The notes under the pieces are model-generated. The model saw nothing but the letters and a program-made list of their open reading frames with translations, had not been told where the DNA came from and made no database searches. Below are positions 56,154 to 64,000 of a stretch of DNA of 64,000 bases, piece by piece; positions within the stretch are counted from its first letter, which is position 1, and each line of letters begins with the position of its first letter. The DNA lies in IMG/VR virus record IMGVR_UViG_3300020478_000003, positions 32,001 to 96,000 of that record; one strand, 5' to 3'. Both the position numbers and the translations under genes were made by a program. The DNA comes from a virus.

Positions 56154-56600
56154 ATGCCGTATCTAGCAATAAGTGAATACAAAATGTTTGGTTATGAATG
56201 TGACCATTGTGGTAAAGAGTGGACAATGAGTCTTCCAGGCAGAGATTCAAGAAGATTAGAAAATGATGGATATTTTTGTCCATATTGTGGTACGAAACAC
56301 ACACCTAAAGCTGAACCAGGAGCTCCGACCGACAAAGTAGTAATCCCACCAATCGCAGGATTTGCGACTGATTTAGAAACTGGATATGTTGATCCAGAAG
56401 ATGATCGGAATGCTTTTGCTGTGGCTAAACCCTCATTTACGATTAAGTCTGGAGAAAAAACAGCCGAACAACTCAAAAAGGAAGATCAAATAACCTCCCA
56501 TAATTGTCCTGATGGAGGATGGTGGAACCCAATCACAAAGAAATGTCAGGGTGAGGGGGTTGGTCATAATTTAGAACTTGACATTGAAGAGCAGTCCTAG
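56154..56600 (+). CDS. Zinc-ribbon protein
   Basis: CDHC...CPYC near the N-terminus; C-terminal C-P-D-G-G-W-W-x5-K-C; AAGGAG RBS. Confidence 0.6.
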   Translation: MPYLAISEYKMFGYECDHCGKEWTMSLPGRDSRRLENDGYFCPYCGTKHTPKAEPGAPTDKVVIPPIAGFATDLETGYVDPEDDRNAFAVAKPSFTIKSGEKTAEQLKKEDQITSHNCPDGGWWNPITKKCQGEGVGHNLELDIEEQS

Positions 56601-56606
56601 TATAAT
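56578..56606 (+). promoter_or_regulatory. Sigma70-type promoter for gp43
   Basis: TTGACA-TTGAAGAGCAGTCCTAG-TATAAT, 9 nt before the ATG. Confidence 0.85.
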
Positions 56607-56615
56607 GATTACATT

Positions 56616-59105
56616 ATGAGATTTTATACTTATGTTGGTACACTTGGAAATAAGGTTCTTGTTCGTGGAGTCAATACTGAAACAGGTAACGACTTCATAA
56701 GAAGAGAAGACTTTCATCCCACCATTTTTGTTGAGGGTAAGAAGGGTGACACTCCCTATCGTACCTTGGATGATAAAAAAGTCTATAGGATGTCCCCTGG
56801 GAACATCAAAGAAACTAGAGATTTCATCAAGCAATATGAGAATGTAGATGGTTTTGGTATTCACGGGAACGATAATTTCGCCCTGCAATATACCTGTGAT
56901 GAATGGAAAGGAGATGTTGATTATGATATCTCTAAGATTCGCATCTGGAATCTCGATATTGAAGTTGATTCTGAAAAGGGGTTTCCTCAACCCGATAAAG
57001 CTACTTCAGCTATTAATGCAATAACCATATATGATTCAATAGAAAATGTTTATTTTACCTGGGGTCTTGGTTCTTGGGAAAATAATAGAGAAGATATTCG
57101 TTGTGAGTATTTTCAAATGGATACTGAAGAGGAATTGCTTTTGCATTTCCTCGACTTATATCAAAAATCACCACCACATATTTTGACAGGATGGAATATT
57201 GAACATTTCGATATTCCGTACTTGATCAATCGATTAACTAGACTTTTCGGTAATAAAGAAGTTAAACGACTTTCTCCGTTTAGCTGGATTAAAGAACGTA
57301 AAATTAAACAATTGTATGGTAAAGATTCCATAGTATACGATATATATGGAGTTGCTACTATGGATTATCTGCGACTCTATAAGAAATTTGCAGTCGGAGG
57401 AATAGCAGAATCCTATCGATTAGATCATATAGCCTTTATTGAATTGGGTGAACGTAAGATTTCATATAAAGAAGCTGGTTCCCTATTCAAACTTGCCAGA
57501 ACAGATCATCAAAAATTTATAGATTATAACATCAAAGATGTGGAACTGGTTCAAAGAATCGATGATAAACTAAAGATCATTGATTTGGGTATTACAATGG
57601 CTTATGATGCTAAAGTCAATTTTGTTGATGTATTCGGTACTGTTAATATCTGGGATGCGATTATTTACGACCATTTGAGAAAGAAGAATATTGTATGTCC
57701 CACTAAAACTTCCCACTCGAAAGAACGAACTTTTACTGGTGCTTATGTTAAAGAACCAATAGCTGGATTTCACGATTGGGTAGTTTCGTTTGATTTGAAT
57801 TCTCTATATCCACATTTGATTATGCAATACAATATCAGTCCTGAGACAATTGTTGGTCATAAGTCCGATATAGATGTGGAGAATCTTTTGACTCAAGAAG
57901 CAGATTTATCGGATGTTCACGAAAAGGGTTATGCGGTTGCTCCCAATGGAACAATGTATCGAAAAGATAAGAGAGGGTTTCTTCCAACTCTAATGGAAGA
58001 GATTTATTCTGACCGAGTACTCTATAAGAAAAAGATGCTAGATGCCCAACAAAGAAAAGAAGAGGGAGATGATGTCGGTAACGAAATTAGTAAAAATCTG
58101 AACATTCAGATGGCTAAGAAAATTCAATTAAATTCTGCTTATGGTGCTATTGGTAATCAATGGTTTAGATATTATGACTTACGTAATGCTGAAGCCGTGA
58201 CTACCGGTGGACAGTTAGCAATTCGCTGGATTGAGAAAGCCTTGAATGATTTTCTGAACAAGTATTTAGAGACTGATAATTACGATTATGTGGTAGCTAT
58301 TGATACTGATTCGGTCTATCTCCGTCTTGGAAAGTTTGTCAATAAATTCATCAAATCTGATAATAAGAATAAAATAATAGACACTCTTGACAAAGCAATC
58401 AAAGAAGCATTTGAACCTATGATTGCCAAGTCTTATGCAGACCTAGCAGATTACGTAAATGCTTATGAACAGAAGATGTTTATGGGTCGTGAAGTTATTG
58501 CTGATAAGGGTGTTTGGACGGCTAAGAAACGTTATGCTCTTAATGTACACGATTCCGAAGGAGTTCGTTATAAAAAACCAAAGATGAAAGTTATGGGTAT
58601 GGAGATTGTTAAATCTTCTACTCCTTCTAATGTTCGTGGTAAGCTGAAAGAAGCAGTAAATATTATGTTAACTGGCTCAGAACGTGAATTACAAGAGTTG
58701 GTGCATAAATATAAGAAAGAATTCCGTACTTTAGATATTCCCGATATTGCATTTCCGAGGGGATTGAGTGATTATACGAAGTATGAACACGCCGATAAGT
58801 CTGTGCCGATCCACGCACGAGCGGCTAAAGTATATAATGCTTTACTGAAAAAACACGATATTAAGAATGCAGAGAAGATTGGAGATGGTTCTAAGTTAAA
58901 ATTCATTTATTTGAAAACGCCGAATCCTTTTAACTCAAATGCGATTGCATTTCTAGATGGGCTCCCACCAGAGTTTGAAGTAGAACGATGGGTCGATTAT
59001 GATACGCAGTTTGAAAAAGCGTTTATTTCTCCTCTTGAAGGAGTTCTCCAGCCAGTCGGTTGGGATTGGGAAGAGAAAAGTTCGCTTGAATCATTTTTTG
59101 GATAA
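56616..59105 (+). CDS. gp43: Family B DNA polymerase gp43
   Basis: Exo DIE, GWN...FDIPY, YNIKDV; Pol SFDLNSLYP, KIQLNSAYG, DTDS, KKRY; uninterrupted. Confidence 0.98.
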   Translation: MRFYTYVGTLGNKVLVRGVNTETGNDFIRREDFHPTIFVEGKKGDTPYRTLDDKKVYRMSPGNIKETRDFIKQYENVDGFGIHGNDNFALQYTCDEWKGDVDYDISKIRIWNLDIEVDSEKGFPQPDKATSAINAITIYDSIENVYFTWGLGSWENNREDIRCEYFQMDTEEELLLHFLDLYQKSPPHILTGWNIEHFDIPYLINRLTRLFGNKEVKRLSPFSWIKERKIKQLYGKDSIVYDIYGVATMDYLRLYKKFAVGGIAESYRLDHIAFIELGERKISYKEAGSLFKLARTDHQKFIDYNIKDVELVQRIDDKLKIIDLGITMAYDAKVNFVDVFGTVNIWDAIIYDHLRKKNIVCPTKTSHSKERTFTGAYVKEPIAGFHDWVVSFDLNSLYPHLIMQYNISPETIVGHKSDIDVENLLTQEADLSDVHEKGYAVAPNGTMYRKDKRGFLPTLMEEIYSDRVLYKKKMLDAQQRKEEGDDVGNEISKNLNIQMAKKIQLNSAYGAIGNQWFRYYDLRNAEAVTTGGQLAIRWIEKALNDFLNKYLETDNYDYVVAIDTDSVYLRLGKFVNKFIKSDNKNKIIDTLDKAIKEAFEPMIAKSYADLADYVNAYEQKMFMGREVIADKGVWTAKKRYALNVHDSEGVRYKKPKMKVMGMEIVKSSTPSNVRGKLKEAVNIMLTGSERELQELVHKYKKEFRTLDIPDIAFPRGLSDYTKYEHADKSVPIHARAAKVYNALLKKHDIKNAEKIGDGSKLKFIYLKTPNPFNSNAIAFLDGLPPEFEVERWVDYDTQFEKAFISPLEGVLQPVGWDWEEKSSLESFFG

Positions 59106-59110
59106 AAAAT

Positions 59111-59557
59111 ATGGCTAAAATAGATTTAGATGGAGTAGCTAGTGCTTCGGCTGCCAAAAGTTGGGAAGGTTTTACCAAAAATTTTCAGGAAAATATTGCT
59201 AATCTCAGAAACAGAGCAAAGTTTGGTCAGATAGAATCCGATCAAGAATTCTCTTTAGATGAAGATGGATATATTATCGGAAGTATTTGGTCAGAAGCAA
59301 TTGCGGCTCAATTAATGGATTTAAATGGATTTCAGGCTACAACCGCCCGCATAGACACTTTAGTTGAAGCACGAGAAATTTATGGAGAAGCATCCGTTCC
59401 TACTGACCACACCTTAGTTGCTACAGTTATGGGAGTAGAAACAAAGCAATTTTTGAAAATGTTCCCGAAATATCCTATCATTTATTTCACCAGATGGGGT
59501 AACCTACGAAAGCCTTTCGATTTACAGAAACTAAGAGATAATCCAGTCACGGCATAA
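59111..59557 (+). CDS. DsrC/TusE-like protein lacking all cysteines
   Basis: 'LDEDGYI...WSEAIA..L....G..........AREIY......', 'FLKMFPKYP....TRWGNLRKP' align with TusE/DsrC (TD.EGYL...WSE.LA...R.FY...LFPKGP.....IAGLPKP..C); no Cys in 148 aa. Confidence 0.7.
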   Translation: MAKIDLDGVASASAAKSWEGFTKNFQENIANLRNRAKFGQIESDQEFSLDEDGYIIGSIWSEAIAAQLMDLNGFQATTARIDTLVEAREIYGEASVPTDHTLVATVMGVETKQFLKMFPKYPIIYFTRWGNLRKPFDLQKLRDNPVTA

Positions 59558-59562
59558 AAGAC

Positions 59563-59591
59563 TTGACATTACACCTTAGTTAAAGTATAAT
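59563..59591 (+). promoter_or_regulatory. Sigma70-type promoter for uvsX
   Basis: AAAAGAC-TTGACA-N17-TATAAT. Confidence 0.85.
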
Positions 59592-59624
59592 AGTGACAAT
59601 TTAAATTATAGTATGGAGAATTAA

Positions 59625-60731
59625 ATGAGTGATAATATTGTTGCACAAAAGCGTTTGATGGAACGCCTGCATAAAGCAGGTACCATTAAATCGACACAAT
59701 TAACAAAGTCCTCTCTATTCAAAGAGAAAGACGAAATCCCCACAGCCGTACCAATGGTCAATGTTGCATTAAGCGGCAGACTTGATGGTGGTTTAACAAG
59801 TGGTCTGACAGTCCTTGCCGGCCCATCAAAACATTTCAAAACAGCATTTGGTTTATTGATGATGAAGGCTTATATGGATAAATATCCAGAAGCCATTTGT
59901 CTGTTCTATGATTCTGAATTCGGAACTCCAGAACATTACTTCACTTCGTTGAATATTGAAACAGACAGAGTTATACACATTCCAATTAAGAATGTGGAAG
60001 AATTGAAATTTGATCTTGTCAAGCAGTTGGAAGAGATTGAGCCCGAGGACAAAGTATATGTTTTAGTTGATTCTATTGGAAATCTAGCCTCTAAAAAAGA
60101 GGTTGATGATGCTAGGGATGAAAAATCTGTTGCAGATATGACACGGGCTAAACAATTAAAATCTCTGTTTAGAATGGTAACTCCGTATTTAGCAATGAAA
60201 GATGTTCCATTAGTTGCAGTCAATCACACATATCAAACTCAGGAAATGTTCTCGAAAGCGGTTGTATCCGGTGGTACTGGAGTCTATTATTCCGCAGATA
60301 ATATTTGGATTATCGGTCGACAACAAGACAAGAAGGGAACAGAAATTCAAGGATATCATTTTATTATCAATGTTGAAAAATCTCGATTTGTCAAAGAGAA
60401 ATCTAAAGTACCTATTTCCGTAACGTGGGAAGGAGGTATTAAAAAGTGGTCTGGATTATTAGATGTAGCACTTGAGGGTGGATTTGTTGTTAAACCAACA
60501 ATGGGATGGTATTCAAAAGTTAATATGGAGACAATGGAACCCGAAGCAGAGAAGGTTCGTGCGTCCGATACAGATACTAAAGATTTTTGGTGTGGACTTA
60601 TAGATCATCCGAAATTTACGAAGTATGTCGAAGATACTTATGCTATGGGAGGAGAAGGATTACTTCAAGCAGAAGATCCAGAACCAATGCCGGTTGAGGC
60701 TCTAATTCAAAAGAAAGTGGAAGATGAGTAA
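59625..60731 (+). CDS. uvsX: RecA-like recombinase UvsX
   Basis: 'NVALSG..DGGL.SGLTVLAGPSKHFKT', YDSEFG, DSIGNLAS, 'ADMTRAK.LKSLFR'. Confidence 0.96.
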   Translation: MSDNIVAQKRLMERLHKAGTIKSTQLTKSSLFKEKDEIPTAVPMVNVALSGRLDGGLTSGLTVLAGPSKHFKTAFGLLMMKAYMDKYPEAICLFYDSEFGTPEHYFTSLNIETDRVIHIPIKNVEELKFDLVKQLEEIEPEDKVYVLVDSIGNLASKKEVDDARDEKSVADMTRAKQLKSLFRMVTPYLAMKDVPLVAVNHTYQTQEMFSKAVVSGGTGVYYSADNIWIIGRQQDKKGTEIQGYHFIINVEKSRFVKEKSKVPISVTWEGGIKKWSGLLDVALEGGFVVKPTMGWYSKVNMETMEPEAEKVRASDTDTKDFWCGLIDHPKFTKYVEDTYAMGGEGLLQAEDPEPMPVEALIQKKVEDE

Positions 60732-61002
60732 ACAAACGGTATCCGATGTCTTTTATATAAGAACTTCGGACAAAACAACTTTTGCAATATATGATTTGAC
60801 TTTAAATGATGATTGTGATATAATGTCCTTTGGATATAATTTTATAGAACCAAAGGATATTCCTAAAGAACAATATGAGGAAGAAGTATCGAACATAGTA
60901 GAAAAAACCGTGACTGAAGCTATTAGAGAAGAAATTGACAAAGCAGAAGGATCATTAAAAAGTTTAGATACTGTATCTGTACAGAAAAACGTAGAATGGT
61001 AA
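60724..61002 (+). CDS. Hypothetical protein at the gp40 position
   Basis: 92 aa between uvsX and gp41, where T4 has gp40; no recognisable motif. Confidence 0.5.
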   Translation: MSKQTVSDVFYIRTSDKTTFAIYDLTLNDDCDIMSFGYNFIEPKDIPKEQYEEEVSNIVEKTVTEAIREEIDKAEGSLKSLDTVSVQKNVEW

Positions 61003-62399
61003 ATATTGAAGAAACGATAATATCAAATCTTTTATATAATGAAGAGTACGCCAGAAAAGTTATTGTATTTTTAAAGGATGAGTATTTTATGGATGCTACT
61101 GATAAAGCGGCATTCTCAGAAATACAAAAATTTTGGACAAAATATAATAACGTTCCGACAAAAGAGGCGCTCCTAATTGCAATAGATGAAAGAGGAGATT
61201 TAAGTTCCACAATATATGAAGAAGTACAAGCATTAATCAAGGGACTTGGAAAAACAGAAAGCAATTATGATTGGCTCCTGGACGAAACTGAAAAGTTTTG
61301 TAAAGACAAAGCCGTCTATAATGCTATTATGGAGTCAATAGAGATTATTGATGGAAAACATAAGAAGAAAAAGAACGATGGTATTCCCGACTTATTGTCC
61401 GATGCTCTAGCCGTATCATTTGATACACATATAGGACACGATTTTCTAGAGGATTCTGATGAAAGATTTGAATTCTATCATACACGGGAAGAGAAGATTC
61501 CATTTGACATTGAATATTTGAATAAAATTACACAGGGAGGAGTTACCCGTAAATCATTGAGTGTTCTTATGGCTGGAACTGGTGTCGGTAAGACAATTGG
61601 TATGTGTCATATGGCGGCATCGAATCTGACTATTGGAAAGAATGTTTTATACGTTACGATGGAGATGGCTGAGGAGAGAATTGCGGAAAGAATCGATGCA
61701 AATCTACTCGATATCGAATTGAATCGATTGAAAGATTTGACCAAAGTGATGTATGATCGGAAGATGGAGCAACTCAAAAAGAAAGTCAAAGGAAAGATAA
61801 TTATTAAAGAATTTCCTACTTCACAAGCACATACAGGTCATTTCAGACACTTGTTAAATGAATTGGCGTTAAAGAAAGATTTCAGACCAGATATTATTTA
61901 CATTGATTATCTTAATATTTGTGCTTCCCAGAGATTAGCTGGTTCCAATTCTGTTAATTCATACACATATGTCAAAGCAATAGCAGAAGAACTCAGAGGT
62001 CTGGCAGTCGAATTTAACGTGCCCATTTGGTCTGCTACTCAGACCACACGTTCAGGTTTCGGTAGTTCAGATGTAGGACTAGAAGATACATCCGAATCAT
62101 TTGGATTACCTGCAACTGCCGATCTATTTCTTGCTATTATTCAGACTGAAGAATTGGAAGATTTGAATCAAATAATGATAAAACAGTTGAAAAATAGACA
62201 CGGAGATATCGCTATTAATAGACGGTTTGTTGTTGGAATTGATAAAGCTAAAATGAAATGGTACGATGCCGAGCAATCTGCTCAAGAGGACATTATCGGA
62301 ACTACTTCTGTTACCTCTGGTCCTCGCTCATATTCCTCTGAGGAATCACAATTTTCTGGAGCTAATAAGAAACAAGCCTTTAAGGACTTCAAAATGTAG
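60996..62399 (+). CDS. gp41: Replicative helicase gp41
   Basis: AGTGVGKT, EMAEERIAERIDAN, IKEFPT, IDYLNIC, IAEELRG, SATQTTR, SESFGLPATAD, KQLKNR. Confidence 0.97.
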   Translation: MVNIEETIISNLLYNEEYARKVIVFLKDEYFMDATDKAAFSEIQKFWTKYNNVPTKEALLIAIDERGDLSSTIYEEVQALIKGLGKTESNYDWLLDETEKFCKDKAVYNAIMESIEIIDGKHKKKKNDGIPDLLSDALAVSFDTHIGHDFLEDSDERFEFYHTREEKIPFDIEYLNKITQGGVTRKSLSVLMAGTGVGKTIGMCHMAASNLTIGKNVLYVTMEMAEERIAERIDANLLDIELNRLKDLTKVMYDRKMEQLKKKVKGKIIIKEFPTSQAHTGHFRHLLNELALKKDFRPDIIYIDYLNICASQRLAGSNSVNSYTYVKAIAEELRGLAVEFNVPIWSATQTTRSGFGSSDVGLEDTSESFGLPATADLFLAIIQTEELEDLNQIMIKQLKNRHGDIAINRRFVVGIDKAKMKWYDAEQSAQEDIIGTTSVTSGPRSYSSEESQFSGANKKQAFKDFKM

Positions 62400-62410
62400 T
62401 ATACGATTCT

Positions 62411-62418
62411 TATAAATA
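62411..62418 (+). promoter_or_regulatory. T4-type late promoter
   Basis: TATAAATA upstream of the ATG at 62454. Confidence 0.7.
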
Positions 62419-62453
62419 TGTAGGTAAAGGTTTCATATTTTAGAAAGAATATT

Positions 62454-63767
62454 ATGCTGAAATTTAGGTCGTTTATCCCAGAAGGGAAAGCAAGTCCAGA
62501 ACAAAAAGAAGTTAAAGATTATATCAGTACGTTATTGACTCCACTTGGTATAAAGGTGACTGGTGGAGCAAAAGCTGGAACGACTTGGCATATTAGAGCC
62601 GCAGTTGGGACAGACCCCAAAGCCTTTTTCGATCAATTTTCTGAAGTTACAATAAAAGATAGCGCCGAAAGCGTATCTGGTACGTATGATACGTATGAAA
62701 TCACCGTTAAAGGTGTAGGTACCGCATTGTTTGTTAATCAAACACGATCGGCTGGTGCTGGTGCAGAAGCCTCCCTTACTACTAAGCAATTAACTCCAGA
62801 TGCTTTTATGCTTGGAGGACAAGAGGTTACTCCCGCTGAAATTAAAGCCCAAGTATTAACTTCTATTAAAACGATGGCGAAGTTGGGTGATAACACAAAA
62901 GCATTTTTAATAGACCTTTTAGACAAAGCAAACGAAAGAGGAAACAGTATTGACATATCAGATATTCTCCCTAATCCTGCAATGTCAAAAAGAGATTTAG
63001 CGACTATATCAAAAGATTATGGAGAAATTCTTGCTGGAATATGGGCTTGTAGAAACATAGGATTCAGAAAAGTATATTTTCCCTCAGCAATAAATGAACC
63101 TCTTGCAGATTTCTTTGGAATTAAAGGTAGATTAAGATATCCTATTTCAGTAAAATCTGGTGGGGGAAGTTCTACTACAGTTAAAAATTTGACAGATGTT
63201 CTGGAACAGCATATGCAAGATCCAGAATATATAAAGGGATTTTCTACAACCGAAAAAGCATTATTAGATGTATTATTCGTTCTTAAAGATTCTTCCGTAA
63301 TGGAAGGTATTGTTGAAGCAAATAAGATATTGGTAACGCCAGGAATTAAAGCCCTTTCAAAAGCAATGGGAGTAAGATCAGCTTCCCTAAATCTCAATAC
63401 TATTAGCAATTGGTTAGACTCATTTAAAGCTAATTCCCAAATCAAAAATGCTCTGGATGGTTTTTATGATGCTATGGGTAAATATGTTGATAAAAATAGC
63501 TGGAAGAGATTAAAAGGAAAGGGTATCATTGGATTTGTAATTGGTCCAATGGGACATCATCTTACAGAAGTGTTGACAAAAGAATATAATACCGAATTGA
63601 CTACTATGGTTCGTCAAATCACATTGGTTCAATTGAATATTGATGTTAAGAAAACCGCATTGGTTGCTAAAAGAGAGAAATTCAAAAATCTGAAATTCAA
63701 ATTCAGTTGGGGAGGTGGAGCTCCTAATCCGAATAGAAATAAGATAGGATTCAAAGTAGGAAAATGA
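62454..63767 (+). CDS. Late protein with a capsid-targeting-like N-terminus and a PD-(D/E)xK-like nuclease motif
   Basis: Starts MLKFRSFIPE|G; internal 'KDYGEI...FP...NEPLADF.......ISVKSGGG'. Confidence 0.5.
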   Translation: MLKFRSFIPEGKASPEQKEVKDYISTLLTPLGIKVTGGAKAGTTWHIRAAVGTDPKAFFDQFSEVTIKDSAESVSGTYDTYEITVKGVGTALFVNQTRSAGAGAEASLTTKQLTPDAFMLGGQEVTPAEIKAQVLTSIKTMAKLGDNTKAFLIDLLDKANERGNSIDISDILPNPAMSKRDLATISKDYGEILAGIWACRNIGFRKVYFPSAINEPLADFFGIKGRLRYPISVKSGGGSSTTVKNLTDVLEQHMQDPEYIKGFSTTEKALLDVLFVLKDSSVMEGIVEANKILVTPGIKALSKAMGVRSASLNLNTISNWLDSFKANSQIKNALDGFYDAMGKYVDKNSWKRLKGKGIIGFVIGPMGHHLTEVLTKEYNTELTTMVRQITLVQLNIDVKKTALVAKREKFKNLKFKFSWGGGAPNPNRNKIGFKVGK

Positions 63768-63976
63768 AAAAATTTTCAAAGTATCTAGAAGAAGCATCTA
63801 AGTATATTGTTTCCAAAAATCCACACGACAAGAAGTGGTATGTTATGGGTCACGTTGGGAACAACAAATGGATGCCAGTTTCTAATGGATTTAAAAACAA
63901 AACTCAAGCACAGAAGTGGGCGAAGAGCCAAGATAATGTGGACGCCGCCGCCCGTGGAGAAGTAGGTGCTGTATGA
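63764..63976 (+). CDS. Small putative internal head protein
   Basis: Starts MKKFSKYLEE|A (capsid-targeting-like); ATGA overlaps on both sides. Confidence 0.6.
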   Translation: MKKFSKYLEEASKYIVSKNPHDKKWYVMGHVGNNKWMPVSNGFKNKTQAQKWAKSQDNVDAAARGEVGAV

Positions 63977-64000
63977 AAAAATTTAGCACATACTTGAAAG
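63973..64000 (+). CDS. Start of another putative internal head protein (runs off the window)
   Basis: ATGA overlap; translates MKKFSTYLK..., nearly the same as the previous gene's N-terminus. Confidence 0.5.

Noticed and set aside
22399-62399. Introns, inteins or stop-codon reassignment in core genes (gp17, gp20, gp23, gp43, gp41, uvsW)
   Set aside because: All are continuous, of normal length in the standard code, and TAA, TAG and TGA all serve as stops
572-63797. Many short minus-strand and alternate-frame ORFs in the supplied track (e.g. 29916..30311, 40332..40847, 63017..63445)
   Set aside because: They are shadows of well-supported + strand genes, with low-complexity Ser/Phe-rich translations and no RBS or motifs

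Overview
AT-rich (roughly 35% GC by eye) segment of a T4-like myovirus genome, probably marine. Almost every gene is on the + strand. Gene order: large tail/baseplate-associated proteins and a duplicated Cys/Gly-rich fibre-tip plus chaperone pair (1-11.1 kb); a sigma70-driven sugar-modification cassette with a GT9-like glycosyltransferase, two carbamoyltransferases, ADP-heptose epimerase and a 2OG oxygenase (11.2-18.1 kb); the neck/terminase/tail/head module gp13-gp23 and gp3 (19-33 kb); uvsY, uvsW, gp55, gp47, gp46; a vWA plus MoxR/CobS AAA pair; gp45, gp44, gp62, regA; an accessory island with a U32-like protein, IscU, 2OG oxygenases, nucleases and a flavin halogenase (48.2-56.6 kb); gp43, a Cys-less DsrC/TusE-like gene, uvsX, gp41; and late genes with capsid-targeting-like N-termini. 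The most unusual elements: (i) a 540-bp gene-free locus (35.75-36.29 kb) made of a promoter, a ~280-nt structured RNA, an AT tract and a DNA cloverleaf with strand-symmetric GNA triloops, a candidate RNA-primed origin; (ii) a second ~215-nt multi-helix non-coding RNA at 51.4-51.6 kb; (iii) the heptose/carbamoyl cassette next to Cys-rich adhesins; (iv) a Cys-Cys-Trp peptide module shared by three structural proteins, including the tail sheath; (v) a nuclease-like protein that may be packaged in the capsid; (vi) an unannotated classical C2H2 zinc-finger microprotein; (vii) apparent CATG and GCWGC avoidance. All family calls come from motif recognition by eye; no searches were run.
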